The notes under the pieces were generated by a model. It was given only the letters and a program-made list of their open reading frames with translations. It was not told where the DNA came from and did not search any database. Positions 1 through 9,651 of a stretch of DNA of 64,000 bases are shown piece after piece; the first letter of the stretch is position 1; each line of letters starts with the position of its first letter. Position numbers and translations under genes: made by a program. The DNA lies in IMG/VR virus record IMGVR_UViG_3300041405_000060, positions 1 to 64,000 of that record; one strand, written 5' to 3'. This DNA is from a virus.

Positions 1-2
1 TC

Positions 3-1286
3 GGTAGCGAAGAACACCTACTGGTAGATCTTGATGGTTTCCCGTATAAAATCATCACCCTCTTCCATGGTGGTTTTTATACGAAGGGATTCAAGGTCTT
101 CGATGCAAACTACGAACCACTAAGACCCAACGTAGATTACATCTGCACATACAAGCATCCATTGATCAGTGATCGCACTGGCCGTGAAGTTTGTAGTGCG
201 ATTGTTTTCATTAACCACGCTATCGAAGGTGTGGTGTATACATCTGCACAAATGGTCGGTGGCGACGTAGCTTTCAGTTTTACTGTGGTCGAAGATTATA
301 TCAACTACTACAATGCAACACCGGGACATGTTCCAGAATGGGCAGACTTTAATGGTACTGAACCAATTTGGGCTCCAGGTGAACTGGTACAGAAGCGCTG
401 GGGTCTCGATACCTACCAGCCAATGAACAACGAACTGGAAACTATCTCTCGTCGAATGATGATCGGTAGTGATAATGCCGAAGATGAATTGCGTGATAAG
501 ATCCGTGATCGATTAGATGTTTTCTTAGGTCGGTTCAATGATCGCTTGCAGCGACACATCGATGACAAAGCAAACCCTCACCTTACCGATGCTGAGAAAG
601 TTCAACTGGGTCTGTTGAGGAACCTTCCGGTTGCTAACCTGACACAAGCTTTGGCTATCGCGTCCGATGATCTTTACATGACACCTGCTTTGGCATGGCA
701 AATCAGTGATGAGCGTGCCTCCAAACCTTTGAAAGCCCACGTTGATCTGAAACCGGCAAACCCACACAACGTTAGTTACGTGCAGTTAAACTCGCACAGT
801 AAAGAACAAGCGAACACCATTATCGCTAGCAAGCATCCTAAGGGAACAACTATCCCTAATGCTCGGACCATCTTCTATCAAGGGGCATGGCGGAGCTACG
901 ATGAATACGTGGGTATGTTACGGAAGAACTTATCAACAGCTTATTTCCCTAACGGGATTTTGCAAGCAGGTAAGATGGGTGCTGGCCCGCTAGAAGCTGG
1001 TGCTGTTATGCGTGGCGATCGTCGTTGGTCTCGCGTTACCGATATCATGGCTGAGTATGTTACCGAAGCAGCCGCCACTTTTAATGCGATGTCTGTGAAC
1101 ACCTACGATCCAAACGTTGCAATGAACATGGTGCGCTCTACGTATCCGTACGAACCCGTTGGTAGTACAGTCTTTGCTCGATGTCTGGTAGCGGTACAAC
1201 AAGGTTGGGGTAACGGTAACACGCATTACGACGTTAACCAAGACTATGCATTTGTTATGACCCCATCTGGTTGGATCATGGCTTAA
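3..1286 (+). CDS. Tail fibre/baseplate-associated virion protein, phiKZ gp131-135-like paralog 1 (5' truncated)
   Basis: Frame is open from base 3 (GSEEHLLVDLDGFPYKIITLFHGGFYTKG...), so it begins before the window. Shares N-terminal motifs (HGxFY, QxVGG) and H-x(4-5)-NPH repeats with the next two ORFs. Confidence 0.7.
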   Translation, partial: GSEEHLLVDLDGFPYKIITLFHGGFYTKGFKVFDANYEPLRPNVDYICTYKHPLISDRTGREVCSAIVFINHAIEGVVYTSAQMVGGDVAFSFTVVEDYINYYNATPGHVPEWADFNGTEPIWAPGELVQKRWGLDTYQPMNNELETISRRMMIGSDNAEDELRDKIRDRLDVFLGRFNDRLQRHIDDKANPHLTDAEKVQLGLLRNLPVANLTQALAIASDDLYMTPALAWQISDERASKPLKAHVDLKPANPHNVSYVQLNSHSKEQANTIIASKHPKGTTIPNARTIFYQGAWRSYDEYVGMLRKNLSTAYFPNGILQAGKMGAGPLEAGAVMRGDRRWSRVTDIMAEYVTEAAATFNAMSVNTYDPNVAMNMVRSTYPYEPVGSTVFARCLVAVQQGWGNGNTHYDVNQDYAFVMTPSGWIMA

Positions 1287-1296
1287 GGTAAAAGAG

Positions 1297-2667
1297 ATGA
1301 CTCCACTACTACACAAGTTTCCAATTGATTGGACAGGTACCGACCTGCGTAATCGGACACGAGCAGAGATGCACGACATGTCTGCGCTTTATGATCTCGA
1401 CTACCGTTGTGTAGTCTTGGACCATGGTTACTTTTATACGAACGATCTGTACATCATCGATGAATCAGGACACGTGTTGAAAGAAGGGATTGATTATCAA
1501 CTCGTTGGGTTTAATACCGACGTGGTAGATAAGACTGCCCGCACTGTTGTATCCGTGATTGTGATTACCAACAAAAAGGTAGCCTCTCGGATTTACGTTG
1601 ATGCACAAATGGTCGGTGGTGGTTATGAGAAGGTTGCTAAGGCTATCGATCAGATGGCTATGGGCTTGCTCAACAACACCCGCAAAGTGCATTACAACAA
1701 CCTGACAGGCAAACCTGACCGTTTCCCTACGACTGGGCATATGCACGCTCTATGGGAGCTGTACGGCTTTACACCTACGGTTCTGGTACTTAAGCGGATG
1801 TCTGTTGCATTCGGTAAGAAAGTTCAGCAAGTATTAGACGGTGTTTACATCGACTTTGATGCTCAGATGAAAATCATTGAAGGTGAACTGGATGCAGTGG
1901 AAGCGCGCTTAACTGCGCACATCGCTGACTCGGCTAACCCACACCGTGATTGGAAAGGTAACATCGGGTTGGCTAACGTATTCAATGCCCCTACTGCAAC
2001 GTTGACGCAAGCTCGTCTTACCAACGGTACGTTGATGGAAATCTATGCAACGCCATGGTCCATCGGACAAGCATTGGATGCCAACTTCACACCAATTCTG
2101 CAAGAGCATATCAGCAATACATTCAACCCACACCAGAACACACTGACTCAGTTGAGCATGTATTCTGTTGCACAGATGAATGACAAAGCTAACCTCTACA
2201 CTGACATGAACGCAACGATGGATAAAACCGCGTTGGTTTATGGACAGACCGCTGATTCGTTACGACCAATCGTTCAAGAGAATAACCATACCAACAACTT
2301 GACTATCGGCATGTACCCTTTCCAAATTTGGGCACGCCCTTATATTGCAGGTTTGTCGCCAAACGCACAGGTTCTGAAACCTGATGGATATTGGCAGCCA
2401 ATCTCAGAAGTGGTTGCACGTGAAGTACGTCCGTCAACACGGATCACAGTGATGCAGGGCGAGTTTTCTAGCTATGCTCAAGCGATCTCCACAGCTAACG
2501 CTACAATGATCGGTTACCCAGTCGGTTCTTTGCTGTACTGCCACTGGAACCGTTCACAACCATCTTTCAACGGTAACGGTTCTGTCCAATGGGCTAATAC
2601 ACGTTTCACCACTATCCTTGTTTATACAGGTGGCGGTGGTTGGATCTCAAGTGCCGGAGGCGCCTAA
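1297..2667 (+). CDS. Tail fibre/baseplate-associated virion protein, paralog 2
   Basis: 456 aa; DHGYFY, QMVGG, HMH(x2)WELYG and NPH repeats typical of fibre shafts. Confidence 0.7.
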   Translation: MTPLLHKFPIDWTGTDLRNRTRAEMHDMSALYDLDYRCVVLDHGYFYTNDLYIIDESGHVLKEGIDYQLVGFNTDVVDKTARTVVSVIVITNKKVASRIYVDAQMVGGGYEKVAKAIDQMAMGLLNNTRKVHYNNLTGKPDRFPTTGHMHALWELYGFTPTVLVLKRMSVAFGKKVQQVLDGVYIDFDAQMKIIEGELDAVEARLTAHIADSANPHRDWKGNIGLANVFNAPTATLTQARLTNGTLMEIYATPWSIGQALDANFTPILQEHISNTFNPHQNTLTQLSMYSVAQMNDKANLYTDMNATMDKTALVYGQTADSLRPIVQENNHTNNLTIGMYPFQIWARPYIAGLSPNAQVLKPDGYWQPISEVVAREVRPSTRITVMQGEFSSYAQAISTANATMIGYPVGSLLYCHWNRSQPSFNGNGSVQWANTRFTTILVYTGGGGWISSAGGA

Positions 2668-3995
2668 TGGCCAGGTTAACATTTCTACCGTTAGACTTAA
2701 CGGGTACCGCATTCGTCAACCGACGGGTAGGTGAAACACATCCCTTGATTCGTGTGCCTAATAAAACGAATCGGGTTTGTGTATTAGGTCATGGTGCTTT
2801 CTATTCACAGAGCTTAGTTGTTCGAGATGCGACAGGACGTTTATTGCTCCCAACTACTGACTTCAAAACAACCTATCATTACGATGACCTCTCCGGATTA
2901 ACCGGTAAAGAAGTTATGGGCATGATCGTTGTTACGAACACAGCCGTTGTGTCACCCTTGACTGTTCAGTATCAAGCTGTGGGTGGTAACTTTGCCATCT
3001 CGGTAGCTGAACTAAAAGCTTTGATGGAAGCACTGCGTGAAGATAACTTCTCATTGAAATGGGAAGACATTATCGGTAAGCCGACGGCATACGTGCCGGA
3101 AGACCACATGCACAAATACTGGCAGCTGTACGGAATGGAAACTACTGTTACAGAGATCGATCGGATTGCTAAGGCATGGAAAGCTGGTTCGACCGCCATT
3201 CGACAAGCAACTAAAGACTACGGTGACATTTACGTTCAGAAAGGACGAGACGCCATCGATGCTTACGCTATTAAAGTTTCTGCTCACCTGGGTGACTTTA
3301 ACAACCCACACGCTACGGATAAATACAAAGCTGGACTAGGGCAGATCAATAACTGGTCACTGGCTACAGCTCAGCAGGTCGCTGACCGGAATGATGCTTC
3401 GCATTATATGCCGATTGGTGGTATGTACCGTATTTTGAACACAGGGCCTCTACCAGAACTCAATGCACACGTCACTAACTACAACAACCCGCATGGCACT
3501 ACTGCGGCGATGGTTGGTAGCTGGACACGTGCAGAGATCGATAATGCCTTTACTGCTAAGTATCTGTGGACTGACGTAGCCAGCAATGCTTCGTTGTTCG
3601 CCGCCCGTGATCCAAACACTTTGCGTAATGACGTTACACTGAATCTTGATCCTAAGGATATTGTGGTAGGTGGTTTCCCACATACACAAATGGGTGGTAA
3701 CGGTGCCGGCATTGGCTTAGATACATGGAACTGGGCTCTGTGTGGTGATTCGAATTGGCGTCGTTGGTCCGATATTCTGGCTCCGTACAACGCTAGTCGT
3801 CGTCGCTATGTATCACTTGGTAACTACACATCACAAGCCGCTCTGTTGAATACAGCGAACGTTGTGTTCGGTGGTTATCCAGATAACACGATTGCAATTG
3901 GTACGTACGTGAACAACCCGACACCTGACGTTGTCTTTACGTTACTTAAAGCTTACATCAAATCTAACGGCACCTGGATTCCACTCTGGGGCTAA
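2667..3995 (+). CDS. Tail fibre/baseplate-associated virion protein, paralog 3
   Basis: Start moved to ATG 2667 (GGAGG RBS, TAATG overlap with upstream stop); GHGAFY, QAVGG, HMH(x2)WQLYG, NPH repeats. Confidence 0.7.
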   Translation: MARLTFLPLDLTGTAFVNRRVGETHPLIRVPNKTNRVCVLGHGAFYSQSLVVRDATGRLLLPTTDFKTTYHYDDLSGLTGKEVMGMIVVTNTAVVSPLTVQYQAVGGNFAISVAELKALMEALREDNFSLKWEDIIGKPTAYVPEDHMHKYWQLYGMETTVTEIDRIAKAWKAGSTAIRQATKDYGDIYVQKGRDAIDAYAIKVSAHLGDFNNPHATDKYKAGLGQINNWSLATAQQVADRNDASHYMPIGGMYRILNTGPLPELNAHVTNYNNPHGTTAAMVGSWTRAEIDNAFTAKYLWTDVASNASLFAARDPNTLRNDVTLNLDPKDIVVGGFPHTQMGGNGAGIGLDTWNWALCGDSNWRRWSDILAPYNASRRRYVSLGNYTSQAALLNTANVVFGGYPDNTIAIGTYVNNPTPDVVFTLLKAYIKSNGTWIPLWG

Positions 3996-4006
3996 GAGGA
4001 AACAAC

Positions 4007-4570
4007 ATGTACAATACAACCGTCCTAGGGGATCTGACAAGTGGTGAGCGCATTCGTGCGCTCTTGATGTTCAACAAAGTAAACGGTGCGTTTATCGCTG
4101 CGATCAATTATAACGATCCAGCTACTTTGGGTGGGCATGACCACATTGAATACGTCGAGGATCAATTCGACATGCTGAATGATAAAGTGGTTGGGAAATA
4201 TCCTGACTACATTGTTCAGAATAAGAATGAAGGTCCACAGCCTTATTACGAGGCACAGGCTGACACGGCAATGTCAACTAAGATCACTAAGCAATACCCA
4301 GTGGTCGAACAAGTTAACGTCGTGGGTCGTGCTTTGGCTATCCTTGCTGAGAAAGCAGGGGTTGAACTACCTGAACTGCAAGAGATGTTGTCATACATCA
4401 ATCTCTGTAAAGAAGTGAACGCATCTACTAAGGAATTTTATCGTGACTCACCCGACTTCATTTACATTAGCAATGAAGAACTTGCAGATCGAGAAAACGA
4501 AAAATACGAAGGTGGTCTACACGAAGCCCTTGGCCCAAGAGAGATCTCCGGTGGACGTGTTTTCGGCTGA
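4007..4570 (+). CDS. Putative tail fibre assembly chaperone
   Basis: GAGG RBS; directly follows the fibre genes; KITKQYPVVEQVN...EMLSYI helical pattern resembles fibre chaperones. Confidence 0.45.
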   Translation: MYNTTVLGDLTSGERIRALLMFNKVNGAFIAAINYNDPATLGGHDHIEYVEDQFDMLNDKVVGKYPDYIVQNKNEGPQPYYEAQADTAMSTKITKQYPVVEQVNVVGRALAILAEKAGVELPELQEMLSYINLCKEVNASTKEFYRDSPDFIYISNEELADRENEKYEGGLHEALGPREISGGRVFG

Positions 4571-5003
4571 TTTAGCTGAAGCCATTGTGGGGGCCCTAGA
4601 GGCCCTTCCACCTGCTTACTGGTACCAACGCTCAAAGATCAACTCTATCCCGACTAAAGGGGTGTCTGAGTGCGACTATGGGTTCTTGGGACACAACCAG
4701 ATGCCTAAGGAACTCCGTGAATTGCTTTGGGACTTAGCTCCGTCTATTCCTAAGGCTTTTCTAGAGGAAGTTTGCGTTAACCGTTATGAGGTTGGTACGG
4801 GAATGCCAGAGCATATTGACTTGGCTGAGTACCAATACAACATGGTTGTAGCGCTGTCCAATAACGGAGATGGCTGCACGGTCATGGACGAATTCTTTGT
4901 CGATGTTCCAGGTAAAGGAATGGTGTTCCCTCGGAAGTCGGAGCCACATGCAGTTCCCCCTGTCAAACACAAACGTTATGTAATCATTTTCTTGTACGCT
5001 TAA
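4551..5003 (+). CDS. 2OG-Fe(II) dioxygenase superfamily protein
   Basis: NRY...PEHID (HxD), distal PHAV (His) and KRYVIIF (2OG-binding Arg); probable GTG start at 4551. Confidence 0.8.
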   Translation: MDVFSADLAEAIVGALEALPPAYWYQRSKINSIPTKGVSECDYGFLGHNQMPKELRELLWDLAPSIPKAFLEEVCVNRYEVGTGMPEHIDLAEYQYNMVVALSNNGDGCTVMDEFFVDVPGKGMVFPRKSEPHAVPPVKHKRYVIIFLYA

Positions 5004-5012
5004 GGAGTAGAC

Positions 5013-5504
5013 ATGTACACACGTCTGCACACGCTTTCAGAAACAGAAGTAACCGAACTACGTGAGCTTAAAGACGAAGTGTCTTTCTCCGATTCGTATG
5101 GTGCTCGCCGGAGACAAGGCAAGAACGATGCCAGCGCTCTCAGTATCTACAACTACTCTAAGTGGTTTAGCTGGACTCACGCCCAACGGTCTACAGTTCG
5201 CAAAATCCTACCAGAGAAACAAACCCAGAAAGCTAAACAACTCTGGTTCTTGGATATCCCTGCTCGTAAGGGTTTCCTAGATGTGATGACGTATTGGGTT
5301 CCTTACGCTCATCTCTGTGGCAAAGTCTGCGCTTATGCATTGATGGATAATCAGACAATTTACTTGGATGGAAATGCTGTCACTTTGAATAAAGGTGAAG
5401 GTATCTATTTCTGCCTTTCGCAGATCCATCAGATCAAGCCTTCAAAGGAAGGTCAGCTATGGGTATGTGTTATGACACAAGCGCCTGTAACTGCCCTAAT
5501 GTAA
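5013..5504 (+). CDS. Degenerate DSBH/2OG-oxygenase-fold protein
   Basis: Similar size and strand pattern to the preceding ORF (GEGIYF...IHQIKP...WVCVM); distal His is present but HxD is absent; GGAG RBS. Confidence 0.45.
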   Translation: MYTRLHTLSETEVTELRELKDEVSFSDSYGARRRQGKNDASALSIYNYSKWFSWTHAQRSTVRKILPEKQTQKAKQLWFLDIPARKGFLDVMTYWVPYAHLCGKVCAYALMDNQTIYLDGNAVTLNKGEGIYFCLSQIHQIKPSKEGQLWVCVMTQAPVTALM

Positions 5505-5555
5505 AAGTACGCTTTTACTTAATACTACAATGCCCTAACGAACAAGGAGATCGAA

Positions 5556-6455
5556 ATGTCGATCTTAGACCAACAAGTTGTTAACGTAACTCGTACCGCT
5601 ATTGGTGCTCTGTTACAAACGTACAAATTCCTTGGGTTGCCTCAAAAGAATGCCCTGATGAAGAATACCACGCTGAACCAAAAGTTCAACGTACAGAACA
5701 ACGTGATGCCCACAGATGCGCAGTCACTGAATTTCCGTTATCTGGTTATTGGTAACAAAGGTCACTACACTGTTGTTGCTGATGATGGTTCGGATGAAAC
5801 TGATGTTCGTCCACACCGCACTAACCACAACGGTCTCTACAACCATATTCCATTTGCATTGCGTGAAGTCACAGACGACTTTACTTCTCTGGAACGTGAG
5901 CGGTATGCACTGCGTACACCTGAGACGCACAAAGGCAAACCGTACTACGCCTACTACGCTTACCGGATTAACATCTCTGCTGTTATTCCACAGTTGCTTG
6001 AAGTTGAGATCATCAACGGTGTTGAAGTAACCCGCCCATATGTTCCGACTCTGGAAGACTTGAACCCTACTCCGCCAGCTATTCCAAACACTGGTGTTGT
6101 TGTGGGGTCTCCTAAGTATATCTCTGCTTCTGCTATCGTAGAAGTTAAGTGGACCAAAGAAGTCATTGCTGAAATCGTAAACGCTCACCGTATCCGTACT
6201 GGTTCGACTCGTTCGCCAGTTATCTCGGAAGTCGGTCTGGTTACTGGTGTCGATAAGCTCGTACCAGGTCCTGCGGGTGGTGGCGGTAGCTTGGACTACA
6301 ACGAAGTTATCGGTGCACAGATTTCCGTACACGTTGCAACCAACCATCCAATCGCTTACAACTCTAACGGCCTAACCATGGTTTACGATATTGGTGCTTC
6401 TGAGCCAATGCTGGGTGACCAAGCGCTGAACGTTGCAGAGTTTGCTAAGGTCTAA
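5556..6455 (+). CDS. Virion structural protein (phiKZ gp139-like)
   Basis: 299 aa, AGGAG RBS; LVIGNKGH, HIPFALRE, YYAYR and ISEVGLVTGVD motifs; synteny. Confidence 0.6.
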   Translation: MSILDQQVVNVTRTAIGALLQTYKFLGLPQKNALMKNTTLNQKFNVQNNVMPTDAQSLNFRYLVIGNKGHYTVVADDGSDETDVRPHRTNHNGLYNHIPFALREVTDDFTSLERERYALRTPETHKGKPYYAYYAYRINISAVIPQLLEVEIINGVEVTRPYVPTLEDLNPTPPAIPNTGVVVGSPKYISASAIVEVKWTKEVIAEIVNAHRIRTGSTRSPVISEVGLVTGVDKLVPGPAGGGGSLDYNEVIGAQISVHVATNHPIAYNSNGLTMVYDIGASEPMLGDQALNVAEFAKV

Positions 6456-6457
6456 TT

Positions 6458-7102
6458 ATGCTTAAGATGCCAGCGAATTCGGAACCGTTTAAGATTCTGT
6501 CTCTCGACCCTGGCTCCTCGCATTTAGGTGTGGCAATTCTGCTGGATCAGCTAGATGGTTCGGAAGTTATGATCGATGAATCCTTCACTGTCCATTTGAA
6601 GGATACCTGCCCGATGTATTCGGAGTTGGGTGATCTCCACGGTAATCGTGTAATACGCTTGATGCAACTCGGAGATGCTGTTCTAGATCTCGTGAGAACA
6701 CACAAGCCACATGCGGTAATCGTGGAGGCTAACTACCTGGGACGTTTCGCTACTGCCTTCGCAGCGCTCGTAGAGTGCGTTGCGATGGTTCGTAGTGCTG
6801 TGTATATGTACGACCCTTTCATGCCTTTGTTCCAAGTTGATCCTTCTACTGCAAAGATCAATGCTGGTATGGAACGCATTAAAGGAACTGATAAGGAAGA
6901 CGTACGTCGTGCAATGAGAAAACGTAAAGGCATTAAGTGGAACGTAAATCTAGAAGAACTAGACGAACACAGTGTCGATGCGTGCGCAATCGGTTTATAT
7001 TGCGCCGAACACATAACGCCAAGGGTGATGCCCGCTGAACCTATCAAGAAGATCAAGGTCAAGAAGGATCGCAAAAAGCGGAGACGAGGTAAGAGACGAT
7101 GA
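6458..7102 (+). CDS. ruvC: RuvC-like Holliday junction resolvase
   Basis: ILSLDPG, VIVE and HSVDACAIG acidic catalytic motifs of the RuvC fold. Confidence 0.8.
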   Translation: MLKMPANSEPFKILSLDPGSSHLGVAILLDQLDGSEVMIDESFTVHLKDTCPMYSELGDLHGNRVIRLMQLGDAVLDLVRTHKPHAVIVEANYLGRFATAFAALVECVAMVRSAVYMYDPFMPLFQVDPSTAKINAGMERIKGTDKEDVRRAMRKRKGIKWNVNLEELDEHSVDACAIGLYCAEHITPRVMPAEPIKKIKVKKDRKKRRRGKRR

Positions 7103-7599
7103 ATTTTTTCAAAGGTCTGCAATGGTTTGAATGGCTCCTTATCGGGGCGCTTATCGCGTCCGTAGGAGTAAGTATAGTACTCTGGAACAAATACGATCAA
7201 CGCACAGAACAAGTTGGCGGCATAAAAGTCGAGAACAGTGTATTGACGGAGACAGTGAAATATAAAGACGAGTCCGCAACCATCTCGGACAAAGTTGTTA
7301 CTGGATTTGTTACGGAAAAAGAAGATGTGAAGGAAGAGATGCAACAGTCACGTGAAGGAGTGATTGATGAGTACATTAACATGGCAACCAACCCGGCACC
7401 CGTCCCCCATGTGGACAAGCCTAAGGTACCGGTTGCAACGCGGCCAAAGACAAATGAAACTAGGCCCACCACCGAAAACGCTGATCCTATTGGTGATGCT
7501 GCTCGTATTAGTATCATGGCTAACCGGATGCACGAGCACTACTGCGCAGCTGCCCCAGAACGTGGTGTCGGCTGCTCTACCGTCGGTGTTAACCGCTGA
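7099..7599 (+). CDS. Inner-membrane spanin (i-spanin, Rz-like)
   Basis: N-terminal TM helix, coiled-coil periplasmic part, C-terminal Cys; overlapped by a lipoprotein gene; lies upstream of the endolysin. Confidence 0.65.
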   Translation: MNFFKGLQWFEWLLIGALIASVGVSIVLWNKYDQRTEQVGGIKVENSVLTETVKYKDESATISDKVVTGFVTEKEDVKEEMQQSREGVIDEYINMATNPAPVPHVDKPKVPVATRPKTNETRPTTENADPIGDAARISIMANRMHEHYCAAAPERGVGCSTVGVNR

Positions 7600-7834
7600 G
7601 TGTTACGTTTCTCCCGCACCAACTGCTGACGACATTATTAACGCTCCACAGCGTTATCGTGTGGTCGGTAAAATGACGGACTGGGAAGCTCGCTACCTGT
7701 TGATGTCCGATCACTGGCTCCTACAAACTGACGCACTAAACTTGTGTAACAAGCAAGTGCGCAAATCACGTGAGTGGGTAAACAAACATCGTGGTTTGGA
7801 GAAGCCAAATGAAAATCTCGGAAATTCTCAATGA
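7454..7834 (+). CDS. Outer-membrane spanin lipoprotein (o-spanin, Rz1-like)
   Basis: Hydrophobic signal plus lipobox LTGC; Pro-rich; CNKQ C-terminal helix; overlaps the 3' end of the i-spanin in another frame. Confidence 0.7.
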   Translation: MKLGPPPKTLILLVMLLVLVSWLTGCTSTTAQLPQNVVSAALPSVLTAECYVSPAPTADDIINAPQRYRVVGKMTDWEARYLLMSDHWLLQTDALNLCNKQVRKSREWVNKHRGLEKPNENLGNSQ

Positions 7835-8210
7835 GATTGATCGAAGTCCTATTTCTACACATCCCACTGCGGTAATGTTGATTGGTTACTTAAACAGCGA
7901 ACTGGTGTTATCCGGGGATACTGCTTTAACAACCGCAACAACTGGTGCAGAAGCTATTGCTGCTATCTATCGTGGTCCAAGCGATAAACAGGACACTATC
8001 TTTGCTAAAGAGTTTACTCCTCTGCGTAAGAAAGATAGTTATAAGTTCCTAGTACTGTCCATGGCTGTTCTAGCTGTGCTGGCAGGTTTGGGCTTTGCAG
8101 GTAGCGTTGCCAAACTGGAAGGTGAGGCTGCGGCTGGTGTCACGGATGTGTTTAAAGTCTTGATTGCAGGGCTGTTTGAAATTGCGAAATTGCTCATTGC
8201 GGGTCAATAA
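7809..8210 (+). CDS. Membrane protein, holin candidate
   Basis: ATG 7809 with GGAG RBS; two C-terminal hydrophobic segments; lies within the lysis cassette. Confidence 0.4.
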   Translation: MKISEILNEIDRSPISTHPTAVMLIGYLNSELVLSGDTALTTATTGAEAIAAIYRGPSDKQDTIFAKEFTPLRKKDSYKFLVLSMAVLAVLAGLGFAGSVAKLEGEAAAGVTDVFKVLIAGLFEIAKLLIAGQ

Positions 8211-8219
8211 AAATATACT

Positions 8220-8248
8220 GTCCGTCCCGTTATGGGGCGGACTTTATT
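8220..8248 (+). terminator. Intrinsic terminator-like hairpin
   Basis: GTCCGTCCC-loop-GGGGCGGAC followed by TTTATT. Confidence 0.65.
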
Positions 8249-8297
8249 ATGCTATGTGGGTTAATCAACTTTGTAACCACAGGACTGAGGTTTAAAC

Positions 8298-8837
8298 ATG
8301 ATCACAACAGATCGTTTCCCGTATGACATGCCTTCTCGCGACGCGCTCGTAGAGCAGGTGAATCGAGACTTGAAACGGAGCTACAAACCGAATCAAGTCA
8401 GCTTTGAAGACATGTTCTTTGCCCCACTGCCTGCCATTCCAGGACGAACTTTTATTGAGATGACTAATCGCCTTACTGGGCTAAAAGAATTCTTCGTATA
8501 TCGTCGTTTGGATCTGGCACATGCAAAGGCGTTGGGTACGAGCACCCGAATCAAAATCGTAGGACTTCCTACACCAGCCAGTATCGCTAATGAAATCAAT
8601 CGAAGCCGTAAGATGTCTTTCGGACCAGATGACATTTCATTCTCGACAGTCGTTATCAATAACAAAGAAGAAACCTTCGTTTATCGCTTAAAAGCAATGA
8701 CCGGTAGTTACGCTTACTTTGGGGAAACCGACGTTATTGTCGAAGTGGTAGAAGCAAATCCATACACCCGTTACCTGGAAGATGGTGATCACCGGTTGAT
8801 GGAAACTGGCGCTATCCGAGAACTCGAACACGTCTGA
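8298..8837 (+). CDS. Putative virion structural protein
   Basis: 179 aa, GAGG RBS; YRRLDL motif of jumbo-phage fibre-associated domains. Confidence 0.45.
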   Translation: MITTDRFPYDMPSRDALVEQVNRDLKRSYKPNQVSFEDMFFAPLPAIPGRTFIEMTNRLTGLKEFFVYRRLDLAHAKALGTSTRIKIVGLPTPASIANEINRSRKMSFGPDDISFSTVVINNKEETFVYRLKAMTGSYAYFGETDVIVEVVEANPYTRYLEDGDHRLMETGAIRELEHV

Positions 8838-8846
8838 GGAATAATC

Positions 8847-9623
8847 ATGGCTGCATTAAAGAAAGGCGCCACCGGCGAAGTAGTTCGCTCGTTGCAGGAA
8901 GCATTGGTACGTAAAGGCTACAAACTCACACCTGATGGACAGTTTGGTCAAGCTACGTATGACGCTGTGTATGCTTTCCAAAAAGCTACTAACCTGGCAG
9001 CAGACGGCATTGCTGGTAATGACACGCTTAATGCGTTGGCTATCAAACAAAGTTCTATCCTTGATAGCATTCCAATGCCTAAGGCTAATCGGTCACGCTC
9101 TGCAGCTATGCCGACCCTTGAGGCTGTTGGGAAAATTACAGGTATAAGTCCAGTCGTATTGGCAACCTTTGCATCGATCGAATCTAACTTCGATTACACG
9201 GTCAAGGCATCTACGTCTTCCGCTACAGGTTGGTTCCAACATCTGAACAAAACCTGGGATGACATCCTAGCGCAAACTAATGCGATGTATGGTCTTAAAG
9301 ACGATGCTGGTCGCAGTCTGCGTCTTGACCCTCGGGCTAATGCCTTGATGGGTGCCGAACTGCTTAAAGACAACGCTCGCATTCTCCGCAGTGCATTAGG
9401 GCGTGAACCGACTGATACGGAATTGTACGCTGCCCATTTCTTTGGCGCAGGCACTGCTAAGAAATTCCTGCTGGCTAATCCGTCGGCAATTGGTGCACAG
9501 TTGTTCCCACAACAAGCAGAAGCAAACGTCGGTATTTTCTACGCTCGTGATAAGAAGACTGCATTGACGGTCGGTGCAATCATGAAACTGTTCGAATCCA
9601 AAGTTGCCGCCCATCGGGGTTGA
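8847..9623 (+). CDS. Modular endolysin: peptidoglycan-binding domain plus lytic transglycosylase (phiKZ gp144-like)
   Basis: LKKGATGEVVRSLQ...DGQFG...FQ...DGIAG PG-binding domain; IESNF catalytic Glu, ATGWFQ and YAAHFFG SLT motifs. Confidence 0.93.
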   Translation: MAALKKGATGEVVRSLQEALVRKGYKLTPDGQFGQATYDAVYAFQKATNLAADGIAGNDTLNALAIKQSSILDSIPMPKANRSRSAAMPTLEAVGKITGISPVVLATFASIESNFDYTVKASTSSATGWFQHLNKTWDDILAQTNAMYGLKDDAGRSLRLDPRANALMGAELLKDNARILRSALGREPTDTELYAAHFFGAGTAKKFLLANPSAIGAQLFPQQAEANVGIFYARDKKTALTVGAIMKLFESKVAAHRG

Positions 9624-9651
9624 CAACTCTATGTAACAAAAGGATCTAGCC

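Noticed and set aside
4443-4570. Programmed frameshift fusing the chaperone and oxygenase ORFs
   Set aside because: No clear slippery heptamer; a GTG start at 4551 explains the overlap
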